A stretch of 64,000 nt of DNA from a bacterium (GCA_030429765.1 JAUIER010000001.1:1014-65013); one strand, 5' to 3'. Shown: positions 37,869 through 47,404, counted from the first letter of the stretch. Translations and numbers: made by a program. Notes: generated by a model not told the origin, from the sequence alone.

Positions 37869-38678
37869 ATGTATATGAACCAGAAGATTACCAGCCCGTC
37901 CAATTCACGAATCAAAGATATCGTCCGCCTACGGCAACGCAAATACCGTGATCAGCATCGCCTATCGATCGTCGAGGGTGTTACTGAAATCACCCGTTTG
38001 TTGGAGTCATCGGTCCGGACAACCGATATTTTTGTGTGTCTTGACTATTTGACGGATGCGAGTAAAGCGGTTTATCATGCGGCCATTCAAAAAGATATTC
38101 CCGTCACAGAAACGTCGCCGGCGGTTTATGAAAAAATTGCCTTTGGCGATCGGCATGATGGTCTGTTGATGCTGATCGAATATCCCACACAAACGCTGGA
38201 ACAAATCAAGGCGACGTCACAGTCGCTTTTTGTTGTATTGGAAAAGGTGGAAAAGCCGGGCAATTTGGGAGCTGTATTACGGACGGCCGACGCGGTCGGG
38301 GCGCAGGGCCTATTCATTTGTGATCCGGGCACTGATATGTATAATCCGAATGTCATCCGGGCGAGTCTGGGGACGGTATTTTCAGTGCCCACAGCGACGG
38401 GGAGCGCCGAGGATGTGGTCGAGTATCTAAACAAGAATCAGATCAAGATCTACGCGGCGGTGGTCGACGCGGACAAGATTTATTTTGATGTTGATTGGCG
38501 GTCTTCGGCCGCTGTTGTTTTAGGGAGTGAACATGACGGTTTAACCCCGTTCTGGAAAGAACATGCGGACGCAACGATCCGTATTCCAATGCAAGGCCGG
38601 GCTGATTCGCTGAATGTGTCCGCCTCAGCCGCGGTGATTTTGTATGAAGCCTGTCGCCAAAAAGTCAAATCCTGTTAG
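37869..38678 (+). CDS. TrmH family RNA methyltransferase
   Basis: ITSPSN.RIK, VEG, EKPGNLGAVLRTAD, GSEHDG, IPMQGRADSLNVS. Confidence 0.9.
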   Translation: MYMNQKITSPSNSRIKDIVRLRQRKYRDQHRLSIVEGVTEITRLLESSVRTTDIFVCLDYLTDASKAVYHAAIQKDIPVTETSPAVYEKIAFGDRHDGLLMLIEYPTQTLEQIKATSQSLFVVLEKVEKPGNLGAVLRTADAVGAQGLFICDPGTDMYNPNVIRASLGTVFSVPTATGSAEDVVEYLNKNQIKIYAAVVDADKIYFDVDWRSSAAVVLGSEHDGLTPFWKEHADATIRIPMQGRADSLNVSASAAVILYEACRQKVKSC

Positions 38679-39378
38679 ACTTCAAGTCTTTTTATCGCAC
38701 AATGGCGTAGCATCCCGTCGGGGGGCTATGGATATCGTCAAATCCGGGCGTGTTCGGGTGAACGGTGAGGTGGTACGCGAACCCTCGCATCCGGTGAGCG
38801 CGGCATCAGATCAGATCCAGGTCGACGGACAGATTGTGGCCACGAAAAAGTTTGAGTATATTTTGTTGTACAAAAAGGCCGGATTTGTGGTGACCAAAGA
38901 ACAGCGTCCGTCGGTGTCGAATGTGTTTCAATTATTGCCGGATTCTTTTCGGCATCTATCGGCTGTGGGCCGGTTGGACAAGGATACCGAGGGACTATTG
39001 TTGTTCACCAATGACGGAGACACGGCCTACAAACTGACACATCCCAAATTTAATGTTGATAAAACATATTTTGTGCGGGTCCAGGGAATCCTAAATGATC
39101 GGGCCAAATATCGGTTGATGGGCGGGATTGTGCTGGAGGGCAAAAAGACGGCCAAGGCCAAGGTTTTTCATGTCAAGCCGCTGAAGGATGCGACGGAATT
39201 TAAGATCACCATCCACGAGGGCCGTAAGCGTCAGATCCGTTTAATGTGTGACAAAGTAGGTCATCGGGTAGTATACTTAAAACGTCTGGCCCAGGGGCCA
39301 TTGACGCTCGGCCGGCTTGAATCTGGACGCTGGCGTCGGCTTACCGCCAAAGAAATTCAACAAATCAAAAAAATATAA
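38644..39378 (+). CDS. RsuA/RluB family pseudouridine synthase
   Basis: S4 domain (RLQVFLS..GVASRR), VGRLDKDTEGLL, EGRKRQIR. Confidence 0.92.
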   Translation: MKPVAKKSNPVRLQVFLSHNGVASRRGAMDIVKSGRVRVNGEVVREPSHPVSAASDQIQVDGQIVATKKFEYILLYKKAGFVVTKEQRPSVSNVFQLLPDSFRHLSAVGRLDKDTEGLLLFTNDGDTAYKLTHPKFNVDKTYFVRVQGILNDRAKYRLMGGIVLEGKKTAKAKVFHVKPLKDATEFKITIHEGRKRQIRLMCDKVGHRVVYLKRLAQGPLTLGRLESGRWRRLTAKEIQQIKKI

Positions 39379-39383
39379 TTGTC

Positions 39384-41345
39384 ATGATTACGATTAACAA
39401 TCTCAGCATGGGTTTTTCGCAGCGTACACTTTTCAAAGATGTGACCTTCAGCATCTTTCCCAAGGAAAAGATCGGCCTGACCGGACCAAACGGTGCCGGA
39501 AAGACGACACTGTTTTCGATTATCCGCGGCGAAATGGAACCTCTGGCCGGTGAAATCCAGATCCAGAAAGGAATCAATATCGGATATCTGCCGCAGGAGG
39601 CCAAGTTTAAATCTGACCAGACCGTCATGGAAGAGCTGACGCAGGGCGATGAACGGATCAAAAAACTGGTGCGGGAGCGCACCAAGCTCGAAGATCAAAA
39701 CAAGGCGGCCACGGAACGTTACGGCGACATTCTCGAAGAGCTCGAACAATTAGGTATTTACGAGATTGAGCATCGGGCCGAAAAAATTTTGTCAGGCTTG
39801 GGATTCAAACCGGAAGACTTTCATCGTCCTATCCGGGAGTTGAGCGGCGGCTGGCAGATGCGAACACTGCTCGCTAAACTTCTCACCTATCCGTATGATC
39901 TGTTGCTGCTCGACGAGCCCACCAACTATCTCGACCTGGAGGCCACATTGTGGCTCAAAGATTACCTGAAAAATTATCAAGGCAGTTTTGTATTGATTTC
40001 CCATGACCGGGTCATTCTCAATGATGTAACCAATTACACAATTATTCTCGAAGGCTCGGGTATGACCAAGATCAAAGGAAATTATGAGTTTCATGAGCAG
40101 CAAAAGGCCGTGAACCTCAAATCGATGGAGAAGAAGCAGAAGGTGATTGAGAAAAAACGAAAACAGCTGGAGCGCTTCACGCAACGCTTTCATGCCCAGC
40201 CGAACCGGGCGGCCGCTGTGCGCAATAAGAGAAAGATGATTGAGAAGCTTGAAACCATTGATCTGCCGCAGGATCAAAAAAGTATCGGTGAGTTCACGTT
40301 TGAGAATGTTGAACAAAGCGGTTATGTGGTGATGAGCATGAAGGGGGTCAGTAAGTCTTACGGTGAAAAACGTGTGTACCAAGGTTTGGATCTGGAGGTC
40401 ATCCGCGGGCAAAAGATTTGTCTGGTGGGGCCGAACGGGGCGGGGAAGTCGACGTTGCTCAAGATGCTGGCCGAGGCGATCAAGCCCGACGACGGAGTGA
40501 TCAAGCTCGGTCACAATGTCGAGCGCGGATATTTTTCACAGACTCGTCTGGATGTGCTTAATCCCAATCGCAATGCCTTTGAAGAAGTGTCCAGTGCGGC
40601 GCCGCAGGGCATTCCGTCTGTGAAGGTCCGCAGTCTTTTGGGATTGTTCAACTTTCACGGGGATGATGTGTTTAAGACCGTTAAGGTGTTGTCCGGAGGT
40701 GAGAAGAGCCGGGTGATCCTGGCCAAGCTGCTGATCCATCCGCCAAACCTTATGCTGCTGGATGAGCCGACAACCCACCTGGATCTCGACGGTGTTAAGG
40801 CCTTGACCCGGGCGTTTCAGGATTACGGCGGGACCGTTGTCTTTATCAGTCACGATCTTTATTTTATCCGCGAGATTGCCGATCATATTATTGAAGTGAA
40901 CAACGGAAAGATTATTAATTACCCGGGCGGGTTGGAGTATTACCTGGAAAAGAAAGGGCATGCGGAGATCGCGGGCCGGAAAGAGGCCAAGAAAAAACGA
41001 GCGGCCGCGGCCAAGCCTGAATCCATATCCACGACGGCCCGGTCGGATGGTGCTTCGTCTAAGCCGGAAAAAGGGAAAATGAAGGAGTTGCGGGCCAAGC
41101 ACAAAGAGGCCAAGAAGCGAATTTCCCAGATCAAGAACCAGATTAAGAATCTGGAAAAAGAACAGAAAGACCTCGAGATGGAAAGTTATGTAAAATCACG
41201 GCATATGTCCAAGCAGTTTGACAAACGTGATGAAAGTGTCCTCAAGGAGTATGGCCGGCGGCTCAAAGAAATCCAGTCGCGTCAGCGCGAGATTGAATCA
41301 ACGATCAATAAACTCAAAGAAGAACATCAGCAGATTAGTCGTTAA
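39384..41345 (+). CDS. ABC-F family ATP-binding protein
   Basis: Two NBDs (GPNGAGKT/S, LSGG, LLDEPT), no TM domain, C-terminal coiled coil. Confidence 0.93.
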   Translation: MITINNLSMGFSQRTLFKDVTFSIFPKEKIGLTGPNGAGKTTLFSIIRGEMEPLAGEIQIQKGINIGYLPQEAKFKSDQTVMEELTQGDERIKKLVRERTKLEDQNKAATERYGDILEELEQLGIYEIEHRAEKILSGLGFKPEDFHRPIRELSGGWQMRTLLAKLLTYPYDLLLLDEPTNYLDLEATLWLKDYLKNYQGSFVLISHDRVILNDVTNYTIILEGSGMTKIKGNYEFHEQQKAVNLKSMEKKQKVIEKKRKQLERFTQRFHAQPNRAAAVRNKRKMIEKLETIDLPQDQKSIGEFTFENVEQSGYVVMSMKGVSKSYGEKRVYQGLDLEVIRGQKICLVGPNGAGKSTLLKMLAEAIKPDDGVIKLGHNVERGYFSQTRLDVLNPNRNAFEEVSSAAPQGIPSVKVRSLLGLFNFHGDDVFKTVKVLSGGEKSRVILAKLLIHPPNLMLLDEPTTHLDLDGVKALTRAFQDYGGTVVFISHDLYFIREIADHIIEVNNGKIINYPGGLEYYLEKKGHAEIAGRKEAKKKRAAAAKPESISTTARSDGASSKPEKGKMKELRAKHKEAKKRISQIKNQIKNLEKEQKDLEMESYVKSRHMSKQFDKRDESVLKEYGRRLKEIQSRQREIESTINKLKEEHQQISR

Positions 41346-41599
41346 TGAAACTAAAGCTCGATTTACATGACATATATTCGGATGGCCGTAAGCTGCATGC
41401 GGCTTTGACCGATGTGATGGATGAGGCCGTGTCCTGTAAGGCCAAGCAAGTGGAAATAATCCCGGGCAAAGGCAGCGGGCAGCTCAAAAAACACGTGCTC
41501 CGTTTCCTCGAAAAGAATTATAAGGGTATTTATCAGCGGATCGAGAAGGATGACAAGAACTGGGGCCGGATATTTGTGCACTTTCGCTGGAAATCGTAG
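41345..41599 (+). CDS. Stand-alone Smr domain protein
   Basis: LDLHD, IIPGKGSG.LK, NWG; TAATG overlap with the ABC-F gene. Confidence 0.88.
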   Translation: MKLKLDLHDIYSDGRKLHAALTDVMDEAVSCKAKQVEIIPGKGSGQLKKHVLRFLEKNYKGIYQRIEKDDKNWGRIFVHFRWKS

Positions 41600-41623
41600 T
41601 GTGGTAAACTATAGGGGTAATCA

Positions 41624-42016
41624 ATGAGACCAATCCGAGCCATAATCTGGATCCTGATACCGGTTGTCTGTACGGGTTGCGCCAAACTGGGCAATCTGGA
41701 CAAGTTGTTGACTCTCAAAGATCTCGCGGATCATCAGGAGGCCACCGATGCCCATGTCGAAGAACGGGAGCAGATATTCCGCCAAATGATCACCGACGTC
41801 GAAGGCGGTCAAGTTCAGCCGGGCACGGTCAAACAGGAAATTCTCAGCCGTTACGGCGATCCGATCTTTGTCGAATACACGCAGTATCAGGATCAAGTGG
41901 CGGAATTATGGATGTATCGGATGCCGGTTAAGTTCACCGGATCGGATCAGGTTTACCTTTATTTTGATGCAATGGATCAAGTCATCGCCTATGAAGTCAA
42001 ACGACAGTCAGACTAG
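41624..42016 (+). CDS. Hypothetical lipoprotein, possibly SmpA/BamE-like fold
   Basis: Lipobox CTGC; G...QEILSRYGDP...WMY...YLYFD pattern. Confidence 0.65.
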   Translation: MRPIRAIIWILIPVVCTGCAKLGNLDKLLTLKDLADHQEATDAHVEEREQIFRQMITDVEGGQVQPGTVKQEILSRYGDPIFVEYTQYQDQVAELWMYRMPVKFTGSDQVYLYFDAMDQVIAYEVKRQSD

Positions 42017-42025
42017 GAGGTTGCC

Positions 42026-42157
42026 ATGGGAAAGTCAGGAAAGAAACCACGTATGAAAGTTGATACCCGAAAGTTTGAAGCCGCTGGAGAAACCAAGAAG
42101 AAAGAACGGGATTGGAGTTTTGATGATATCGCCAGGTCGAAGACCCGTCGACGTTAA
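42026..42157 (+). CDS. Small basic protein (43 aa), absent from ORF track
   Basis: AGGAGG at 42015-42020, ATG 42026; MGKSGKKPRMKVDTRKFEAAGETKKKERDWSFDDIARSKTRRR; TAA overlaps the next ATG. Confidence 0.65.
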   Translation: MGKSGKKPRMKVDTRKFEAAGETKKKERDWSFDDIARSKTRRR

Positions 42158-42870
42158 TGAATAACAATCCGATCGTTGAATTTTACCGCATTTTATTCGA
42201 ATTTTATGGTCCGCAGGATTGGTGGCCGGGAGACACGGCGTTCGAAATCATCGTCGGAGCAATCCTTACGCAGAACACCAATTGGACCAATGTCGAAAAA
42301 GCCCTGGAGAATCTCAAAGTCCAGCGACGCTTGACGCCGGAACGGATGTTTCAGTGTTCCCTCGAAGAATTGGCCGAGCTGATACGGCCGTCTGGTTACT
42401 TTAATGTAAAGGCCAAGCGTCTCAGAAATTTCCTCACGTATCTCAATCAAAATTATCAGCTGAGTCTCGAAAAATTAGCGGCTCAGCCCACGAAAAAATT
42501 GCGGGAGGAGCTGCTCTCGATCAATGGAATTGGCCCCGAGACCGCCGATTCCATTTTACTTTATGCGTTCGGTCACCAGGTGTTTGTGATCGATGCTTAC
42601 ACTAAACGATTGCTGTACCGTCACGGTCTGGTGGACGCGTCGGCCGATTATCATCGGATGCAAAACCAGATGATTTCGGCCCTAGTTGGTGACACACAAT
42701 TGTACAATGAGTATCACGCGCTCATCGTGCGTTTGGGAAAGGATTATTGCCGTCCCAAGCCTGACTGCGATGAGTGTCCGCTGAACCGCTGTTATTATTC
42801 AGTGGATCAACGTTGCCCGCGTTGCTATCGTCAAACGGTCGATACTTCAGTATCTTGCTCCTGCGTCTAA
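42157..42870 (+). CDS. HhH-GPD endonuclease III-related DNA glycosylase
   Basis: GPQDWWP, GAILTQNTNW, LLSINGIGPETADSILLY, VIDAYT; Cys cluster CRPKPDCDECPL. Confidence 0.9.
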   Translation: MNNNPIVEFYRILFEFYGPQDWWPGDTAFEIIVGAILTQNTNWTNVEKALENLKVQRRLTPERMFQCSLEELAELIRPSGYFNVKAKRLRNFLTYLNQNYQLSLEKLAAQPTKKLREELLSINGIGPETADSILLYAFGHQVFVIDAYTKRLLYRHGLVDASADYHRMQNQMISALVGDTQLYNEYHALIVRLGKDYCRPKPDCDECPLNRCYYSVDQRCPRCYRQTVDTSVSCSCV

Positions 42871-42887
42871 AGATAGCGACCAAAGCA

Positions 42888-42916
42888 TTGCATATTCCCG
42901 GCTTTCAGGATAGGAT
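42888..42916 (+). promoter_or_regulatory. Putative sigma70 promoter for rmuC
   Basis: TTGCAT-17 nt-TAGGAT just upstream of ATG 42926. Confidence 0.45.
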
Positions 42917-42925
42917 AGAAAAATC

Positions 42926-44140
42926 ATGTCAGAGTCAGACTTATTTTTAATTGTATTGGGGCTGTTGGCCTTGAATACGGTCTTTTTGATCGTCCTGTAT
43001 GTCATGTTTTCCGCGCAGCGTCGGGAGCAGGACCGGATGGAGCGGACCGTTCGCGAGGAGATGTCCAATAACCGCCAGGATTTGTCCCGCCATCTGGATA
43101 GCTTTTCCACGCAGCTGCTCAAGCTTACCGAATTGAATGAACGAAAACTCGAACGTGTGCGTGACGCGCTGGAATCAAATCTCAAATCGCTGCAGGAAGA
43201 TAACAACACCAAACTTGAACGGATGCGTGAAACCGTGGATGAGAAACTGCACGCGACGCTCGAAAAACGACTGGGCGATTCGTTCCGGATCGTCAGTGAT
43301 CGGCTGGAGCAGGTCCACCGCGGATTGGGCGAAATGCAGAACCTGGCCGCGGGTGTTGGTGATTTAAAGAAGGTTTTGACCAATGTCAAAACGCGCGGCA
43401 CATGGGGCGAGATCCAGCTGGAGAATCTACTGGAACAGATTTTGACGCCCAGTCAATACGACAAGAACGTCATCACCAAACCAGGCAGCCGGGATGCTGT
43501 GGAATTTGCTATCAAGTTGCCGGGGCGGGAAGAAAAAACAGTTTACATTCCAGTCGACGCCAAGTTTCCCAAAGAAGATTATGAACGTTTGATTGAGGCG
43601 CATGATCAGGGTGACATGGCATTGATCGAAGAATCACTGAAAGCGATCGAGTCACGGATCAAACTCGAGGCCAAGAAAATTCGTGACAAATATATCGATC
43701 CGCCGAATACCACGGATTTTGGTATATTGTATTTACCGACGGAAGGATTATATGCTGAAGTTTTGAGACGTCCGGGATTGTGTGATCAGTTACAGCGTGA
43801 TCATCGTGTCACCGTCGCCGGGCCAACGACCATTTCAGCCGTCCTCAATTCATTGCAGATGGGATTCCGGACATTGGCCGTCGAGAAACGGGCCAGCGAG
43901 GTCTGGACACTGCTGGGGAATGTCAGGAATGAATTCGGAAAATTTGGCGACATCTTGGATAAGACACAGGATAAGCTTCGTCAGGCCAGCAATCAAATTG
44001 AGTCCGCGGTCAAGAAGACGCGGACGATTGAGCGTAAGCTCAAGAAGGTTCAGGAAATTCCAACCCAGAAAGATTCAGAACTCTTAGCCGATGACATTGA
44101 AATCAAAACTCTCTTCGACGACTCCAGTCCTGTTTCGTGA
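42926..44140 (+). CDS. rmuC: DNA recombination protein RmuC
   Basis: N-terminal TM, coiled coil, KTRGTWGE.QL, PVDAKFP, YLPTEGLYAE, GPTT. Confidence 0.93.
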   Translation: MSESDLFLIVLGLLALNTVFLIVLYVMFSAQRREQDRMERTVREEMSNNRQDLSRHLDSFSTQLLKLTELNERKLERVRDALESNLKSLQEDNNTKLERMRETVDEKLHATLEKRLGDSFRIVSDRLEQVHRGLGEMQNLAAGVGDLKKVLTNVKTRGTWGEIQLENLLEQILTPSQYDKNVITKPGSRDAVEFAIKLPGREEKTVYIPVDAKFPKEDYERLIEAHDQGDMALIEESLKAIESRIKLEAKKIRDKYIDPPNTTDFGILYLPTEGLYAEVLRRPGLCDQLQRDHRVTVAGPTTISAVLNSLQMGFRTLAVEKRASEVWTLLGNVRNEFGKFGDILDKTQDKLRQASNQIESAVKKTRTIERKLKKVQEIPTQKDSELLADDIEIKTLFDDSSPVS

Positions 44141-44831
44141 CGCCTTTCCAGATCACGTTGTCGTACAGGTATCTGATCGGGTAGTCGATTTTTCATTAAA
44201 CGATATTCAGCATGTATTTGATGACCGGCAACGGCAGTATTTGACTGACGTGTGGGGGGTGTCACCGGAACAGATCATAAATGTCAGACAGGTCCACGGT
44301 GATCAGGTTCGTCGGGTCAGCCGGATCGATCATACGCTTCAAGAGGCTGATGCGCTGATCACAGATTTGACAGATGTCGCTATCGCCATTCGCACCGCTG
44401 ATTGTGTTCCCATATTTTTGTATGATCCTGGCTCCGAGAGTATCGGGTTGGTTCATGCCGGTTGGCGGGGAACCCGTGAAGGCATCGTCACCAAGACCAT
44501 TGATGCCATGGTTGAGGCGTATGGATCCGATGTCGGACAAATCAGGGTGATGTTGGGCCCGCATATCCGCCGTGATCAATATGAAGTATCCAAAGATTTT
44601 GTCGAATATTTTCCCGGCGCCACTGTTGTCACAGAGGGGCGTGTGTATCTGGATTTAGCCCGGGCCAATAGCCAGCAATTACTGGCTCGAGGCGTCCAGG
44701 CTGAGAAAATTTTTGATTGCGGGATTTGCACCTTTGCCGATATGAGGTATGATTCCTATCGTCGGCAGGGAACGGAGGCCGGACGAATGTTATCACTCAT
44801 GATGATCAAGGATTCAACATGTATGCCGTGA
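44091..44831 (+). CDS. pgeF: Peptidoglycan editing factor PgeF/YfiH (laccase-like)
   Basis: QVHG, ADALIT, TADC.P, HAGWRG, SYRR; start uncertain. Confidence 0.88.
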   Translation: MTLKSKLSSTTPVLFRDAFPDHVVVQVSDRVVDFSLNDIQHVFDDRQRQYLTDVWGVSPEQIINVRQVHGDQVRRVSRIDHTLQEADALITDLTDVAIAIRTADCVPIFLYDPGSESIGLVHAGWRGTREGIVTKTIDAMVEAYGSDVGQIRVMLGPHIRRDQYEVSKDFVEYFPGATVVTEGRVYLDLARANSQQLLARGVQAEKIFDCGICTFADMRYDSYRRQGTEAGRMLSLMMIKDSTCMP

Positions 44832-45133
44832 TTTTATCTACCGCCAATGATCGTGGACAAGCGGACCGCATCGCGCAGCGACTTGTCGAGGATGAATTGG
44901 TGGCGTGCGTCAACATCGTCGAAGGGGTACAGTCGGTATATAAATGGAAAGGAAAAGTTCAAACGGACGCCGAGGTCTTGATGGTGATGAAGACGCGCGT
45001 TGAGCTATACAAGGATGTGGAGGAGGCGGTTCTGGCCTTGCATCCGTATGAAGTTCCGGAAATTATCATGCTGCCGATTCAAGATGGCAGCGCAGCGTAT
45101 TTAAATTGGCTTAATGATTCAACACGGGGATAG
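44819..45133 (+). CDS. cutA: Divalent-cation tolerance protein CutA
   Basis: LVACVNI, SVYKWKG, HPYEVPEI, YLNW. Confidence 0.95.
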   Translation: MYAVILSTANDRGQADRIAQRLVEDELVACVNIVEGVQSVYKWKGKVQTDAEVLMVMKTRVELYKDVEEAVLALHPYEVPEIIMLPIQDGSAAYLNWLNDSTRG

Positions 45134-45139
45134 TGAAAT

Positions 45140-45637
45140 ATGAAAAATATAGCTGTAGGGGTTTTAGTCAGTGTCATGATGTTTTCAGTGAGTGCCGTTT
45201 CGGCGATGGAGCCGATGATGCGACAGGAAAGCAAGGTCCAGGGGCAGAAGGCGCCGGATTTCACGTTGAAAGATACCGATGGCAATAAGTATTCTTTTAG
45301 CAAAGCGCGGGACGGGAAAAAAGCCATTCTATTTTTCTGGGCGACGTGGTGCCCGCATTGCCGGACACAAATCAAAGATCTTCAGTCCACCCACCAGGCC
45401 ATTGCTGAGCAGAACATTGAGCTTGTATTGATCGATTTAGGTGAGGGAGAGCGACAGGTCCGGAGCTATCTCAAGCAAAACAGTGTCACGCTACCTATTC
45501 TGCTCGATGAAGATGGATCTGTTGGCGAGGAGTATGGTGTGTTCGGTCTGCCGACATTTATTTTTGTAAATGAGGCTGGCAACGTGGCTTCGGTCGCGCA
45601 TGACCTGCCGGATGATTTTGAAGAATTTTTTAAATAA
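45140..45637 (+). CDS. TlpA-like periplasmic thiol-disulfide oxidoreductase
   Basis: Signal peptide, APDFTL, FWATWCPHC, GLPT. Confidence 0.9.
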   Translation: MKNIAVGVLVSVMMFSVSAVSAMEPMMRQESKVQGQKAPDFTLKDTDGNKYSFSKARDGKKAILFFWATWCPHCRTQIKDLQSTHQAIAEQNIELVLIDLGEGERQVRSYLKQNSVTLPILLDEDGSVGEEYGVFGLPTFIFVNEAGNVASVAHDLPDDFEEFFK

Positions 45638-47134
45638 TTAGTTTCGATTTTGCGCAATATTACTCATCAAATCCGCCTGGATGCGCAATTGCGACATGAA
45701 GTCGCTGAAATGAGTATTCTTTTTCTCAGCGAGGAGCTGTTCCCGGATATCCTCGGCTTGTTCGGCAAATTCGCTGGCATCGGCCGGCGTATATTCATCG
45801 AGGTGAAGAATGGCAAATCCTTTGGCCGTTTCGATCACGTCACTGATCCGTTTTGTTTCATCCAGTCCAAACGCGGTAGATTCAAAATCCTTGGTGATTC
45901 CAATATTTGGCAGATACTGCCCCCGATTAAAGTTAGGCGTCTGCAGAACTTCCAGTTTCATATCCTTGGCGATTTGCGCAAAGTTTTTAGAAGGATTTTT
46001 GTCCATTTCGTCGACAATCTTTTCTCGGTATTCCGCCGCTTTGGCCTGAGTCACTTCTTTGGCCTGTTCAAGCAGGTACGCGTCCTTGACTTTCTCCGTG
46101 ACTTCTTTGTACAGCGGAAGGTAAGCCTCCCGGTTTTCCAGTACGCTTAAAATTACAATTCCTTTGGATGTTTCAAACGGTCCCTGGATTTGTTTCACCG
46201 GAAAACCGAAAACCTGATTGAGTAATTCATATGACCACCCAAGTTTTAGATTGGGTTCCTCCGCGCTGAAAAATCCGGTCTCCAAAATTTCGATTTCATT
46301 GCTTTGCGCGACCGCTCGTAAGTCAGGGTTTTCCTTTAATTGCTCGACGAGAGTCTCGGCTCGGGCGATCGCGGCTTCGGTTCCGTCGGACGACTCTGAA
46401 TCGGTGGACGCCTCGGCATCCGGCGTTTCAAAAGGGATTTCAATGTATTCGATATTCACCGCGGAGGGAACGAGGAAGTCCCGTTTGTTGGCTTCGAAAA
46501 ATTCCTGGGCCTTTTGGGCGTCATATTTTTTCTCGTCCGTGAAATTTTCTGGGGAGACAATTACGTAACTGACCTGCACTTGTTCGTTTCGTGATTGGAA
46601 CTCGTTGCGGACCTCTTCATCGGTGACGGAAATCCCTTGGGTTTCCTGATCGAAAAGTCGGGCCATCTGCAGGTTTTCGCGGATGCCTTCTTCGAATGTG
46701 CGGGGGTTCATGCGAAAGGCGCTTTGCACGATGTAGTTGTACATGCGGGAATCAAACTGACCGTTTTGCTGAAAAAACTCATAGCCTTGAATGGTCTTGA
46801 TGATTTCGTCGTTGTACACCGTGATCTTCCGTTTATCGGCTTCATGAGCCAGAATCAGGCGATCCCAGGCCTTGGACTCCAGGTTAAGATACTCTTGAAC
46901 GTTTCGGAAGTTATCTCCATAGCGCATCATGGCCTGTACGCGGGCAATGTCATAGGCCTTGGCGTAGTCGGCCTGGGAGATCTTTTTGTTGAAGATTTTT
47001 CCGGCAAAGTTTCCCGCCCCCATGTCAGTAATAAGGTAGGCCGTCCCGAAAACTCCGAATGACAAGATGATGACGATTGCAACGACCCAAATGACCTTCT
47101 TTTTTAACTCTTTGTCCCGCATGACTTTTAACAT
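45638..47134 (-). CDS. SurA N-terminal domain / PpiD-like membrane-anchored periplasmic chaperone
   Basis: Basic N-terminus plus TM helix, SurA-N-like helices, VTDEEV...F, degenerate rotamase-like GPFETSKG and ISDVIETAKG. Confidence 0.75.
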   Translation of the reverse strand: MLKVMRDKELKKKVIWVVAIVIILSFGVFGTAYLITDMGAGNFAGKIFNKKISQADYAKAYDIARVQAMMRYGDNFRNVQEYLNLESKAWDRLILAHEADKRKITVYNDEIIKTIQGYEFFQQNGQFDSRMYNYIVQSAFRMNPRTFEEGIRENLQMARLFDQETQGISVTDEEVRNEFQSRNEQVQVSYVIVSPENFTDEKKYDAQKAQEFFEANKRDFLVPSAVNIEYIEIPFETPDAEASTDSESSDGTEAAIARAETLVEQLKENPDLRAVAQSNEIEILETGFFSAEEPNLKLGWSYELLNQVFGFPVKQIQGPFETSKGIVILSVLENREAYLPLYKEVTEKVKDAYLLEQAKEVTQAKAAEYREKIVDEMDKNPSKNFAQIAKDMKLEVLQTPNFNRGQYLPNIGITKDFESTAFGLDETKRISDVIETAKGFAILHLDEYTPADASEFAEQAEDIREQLLAEKKNTHFSDFMSQLRIQADLMSNIAQNRN

Positions 47135-47265
47135 TTAAAGCTCCCGTGGTTACTCAATCATCCAAAATAGTATGTGCCTGGATGGTGTATGCCTTGCTTA
47201 ATTGATCTGTGTTTAACCGGGCCGGAATGGTCCCAAAGTGGCCATTATTGGTCCGGGCAAGCAAG

Positions 47266-47294
47266 ATTATATCCACCATCGAACCCTTTGACAA
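47266..47294 (-). promoter_or_regulatory. Sigma70-type promoter for the PpiD-like gene
   Basis: Minus strand TTGTCA-17 nt-TATAAT. Confidence 0.65.
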
Positions 47295-47323
47295 GCTATT
47301 TTCCCGGCCGGATCGCTCTTGAC

Positions 47324-47404
47324 TTGCCAGCAAAGCCTCGCAAGATTATACTATATGAGCACATCCACAAATGTCTTTACAAGTAAATGGACCGAAGCTA
47401 TAAT
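47324..47404 (+). promoter_or_regulatory. Two tandem sigma70-type promoters upstream of hisG
   Basis: TTGCCA (47324)-17-TATACT (47347-47352) and TTTACA (47376)-17-TATAAT (47399-47404). Confidence 0.65.

Noticed and set aside
39792-41102. Long antisense ORFs (240 and 188 aa) opposite the ABC-F gene, and similar shadows elsewhere
   Set aside because: Typical antisense shadows of well-conserved genes; no motifs or start signals.
47174-47386. 70-aa ORF as a possible his attenuator leader
   Set aside because: No His run and no terminator/antiterminator; it spans the promoter elements.
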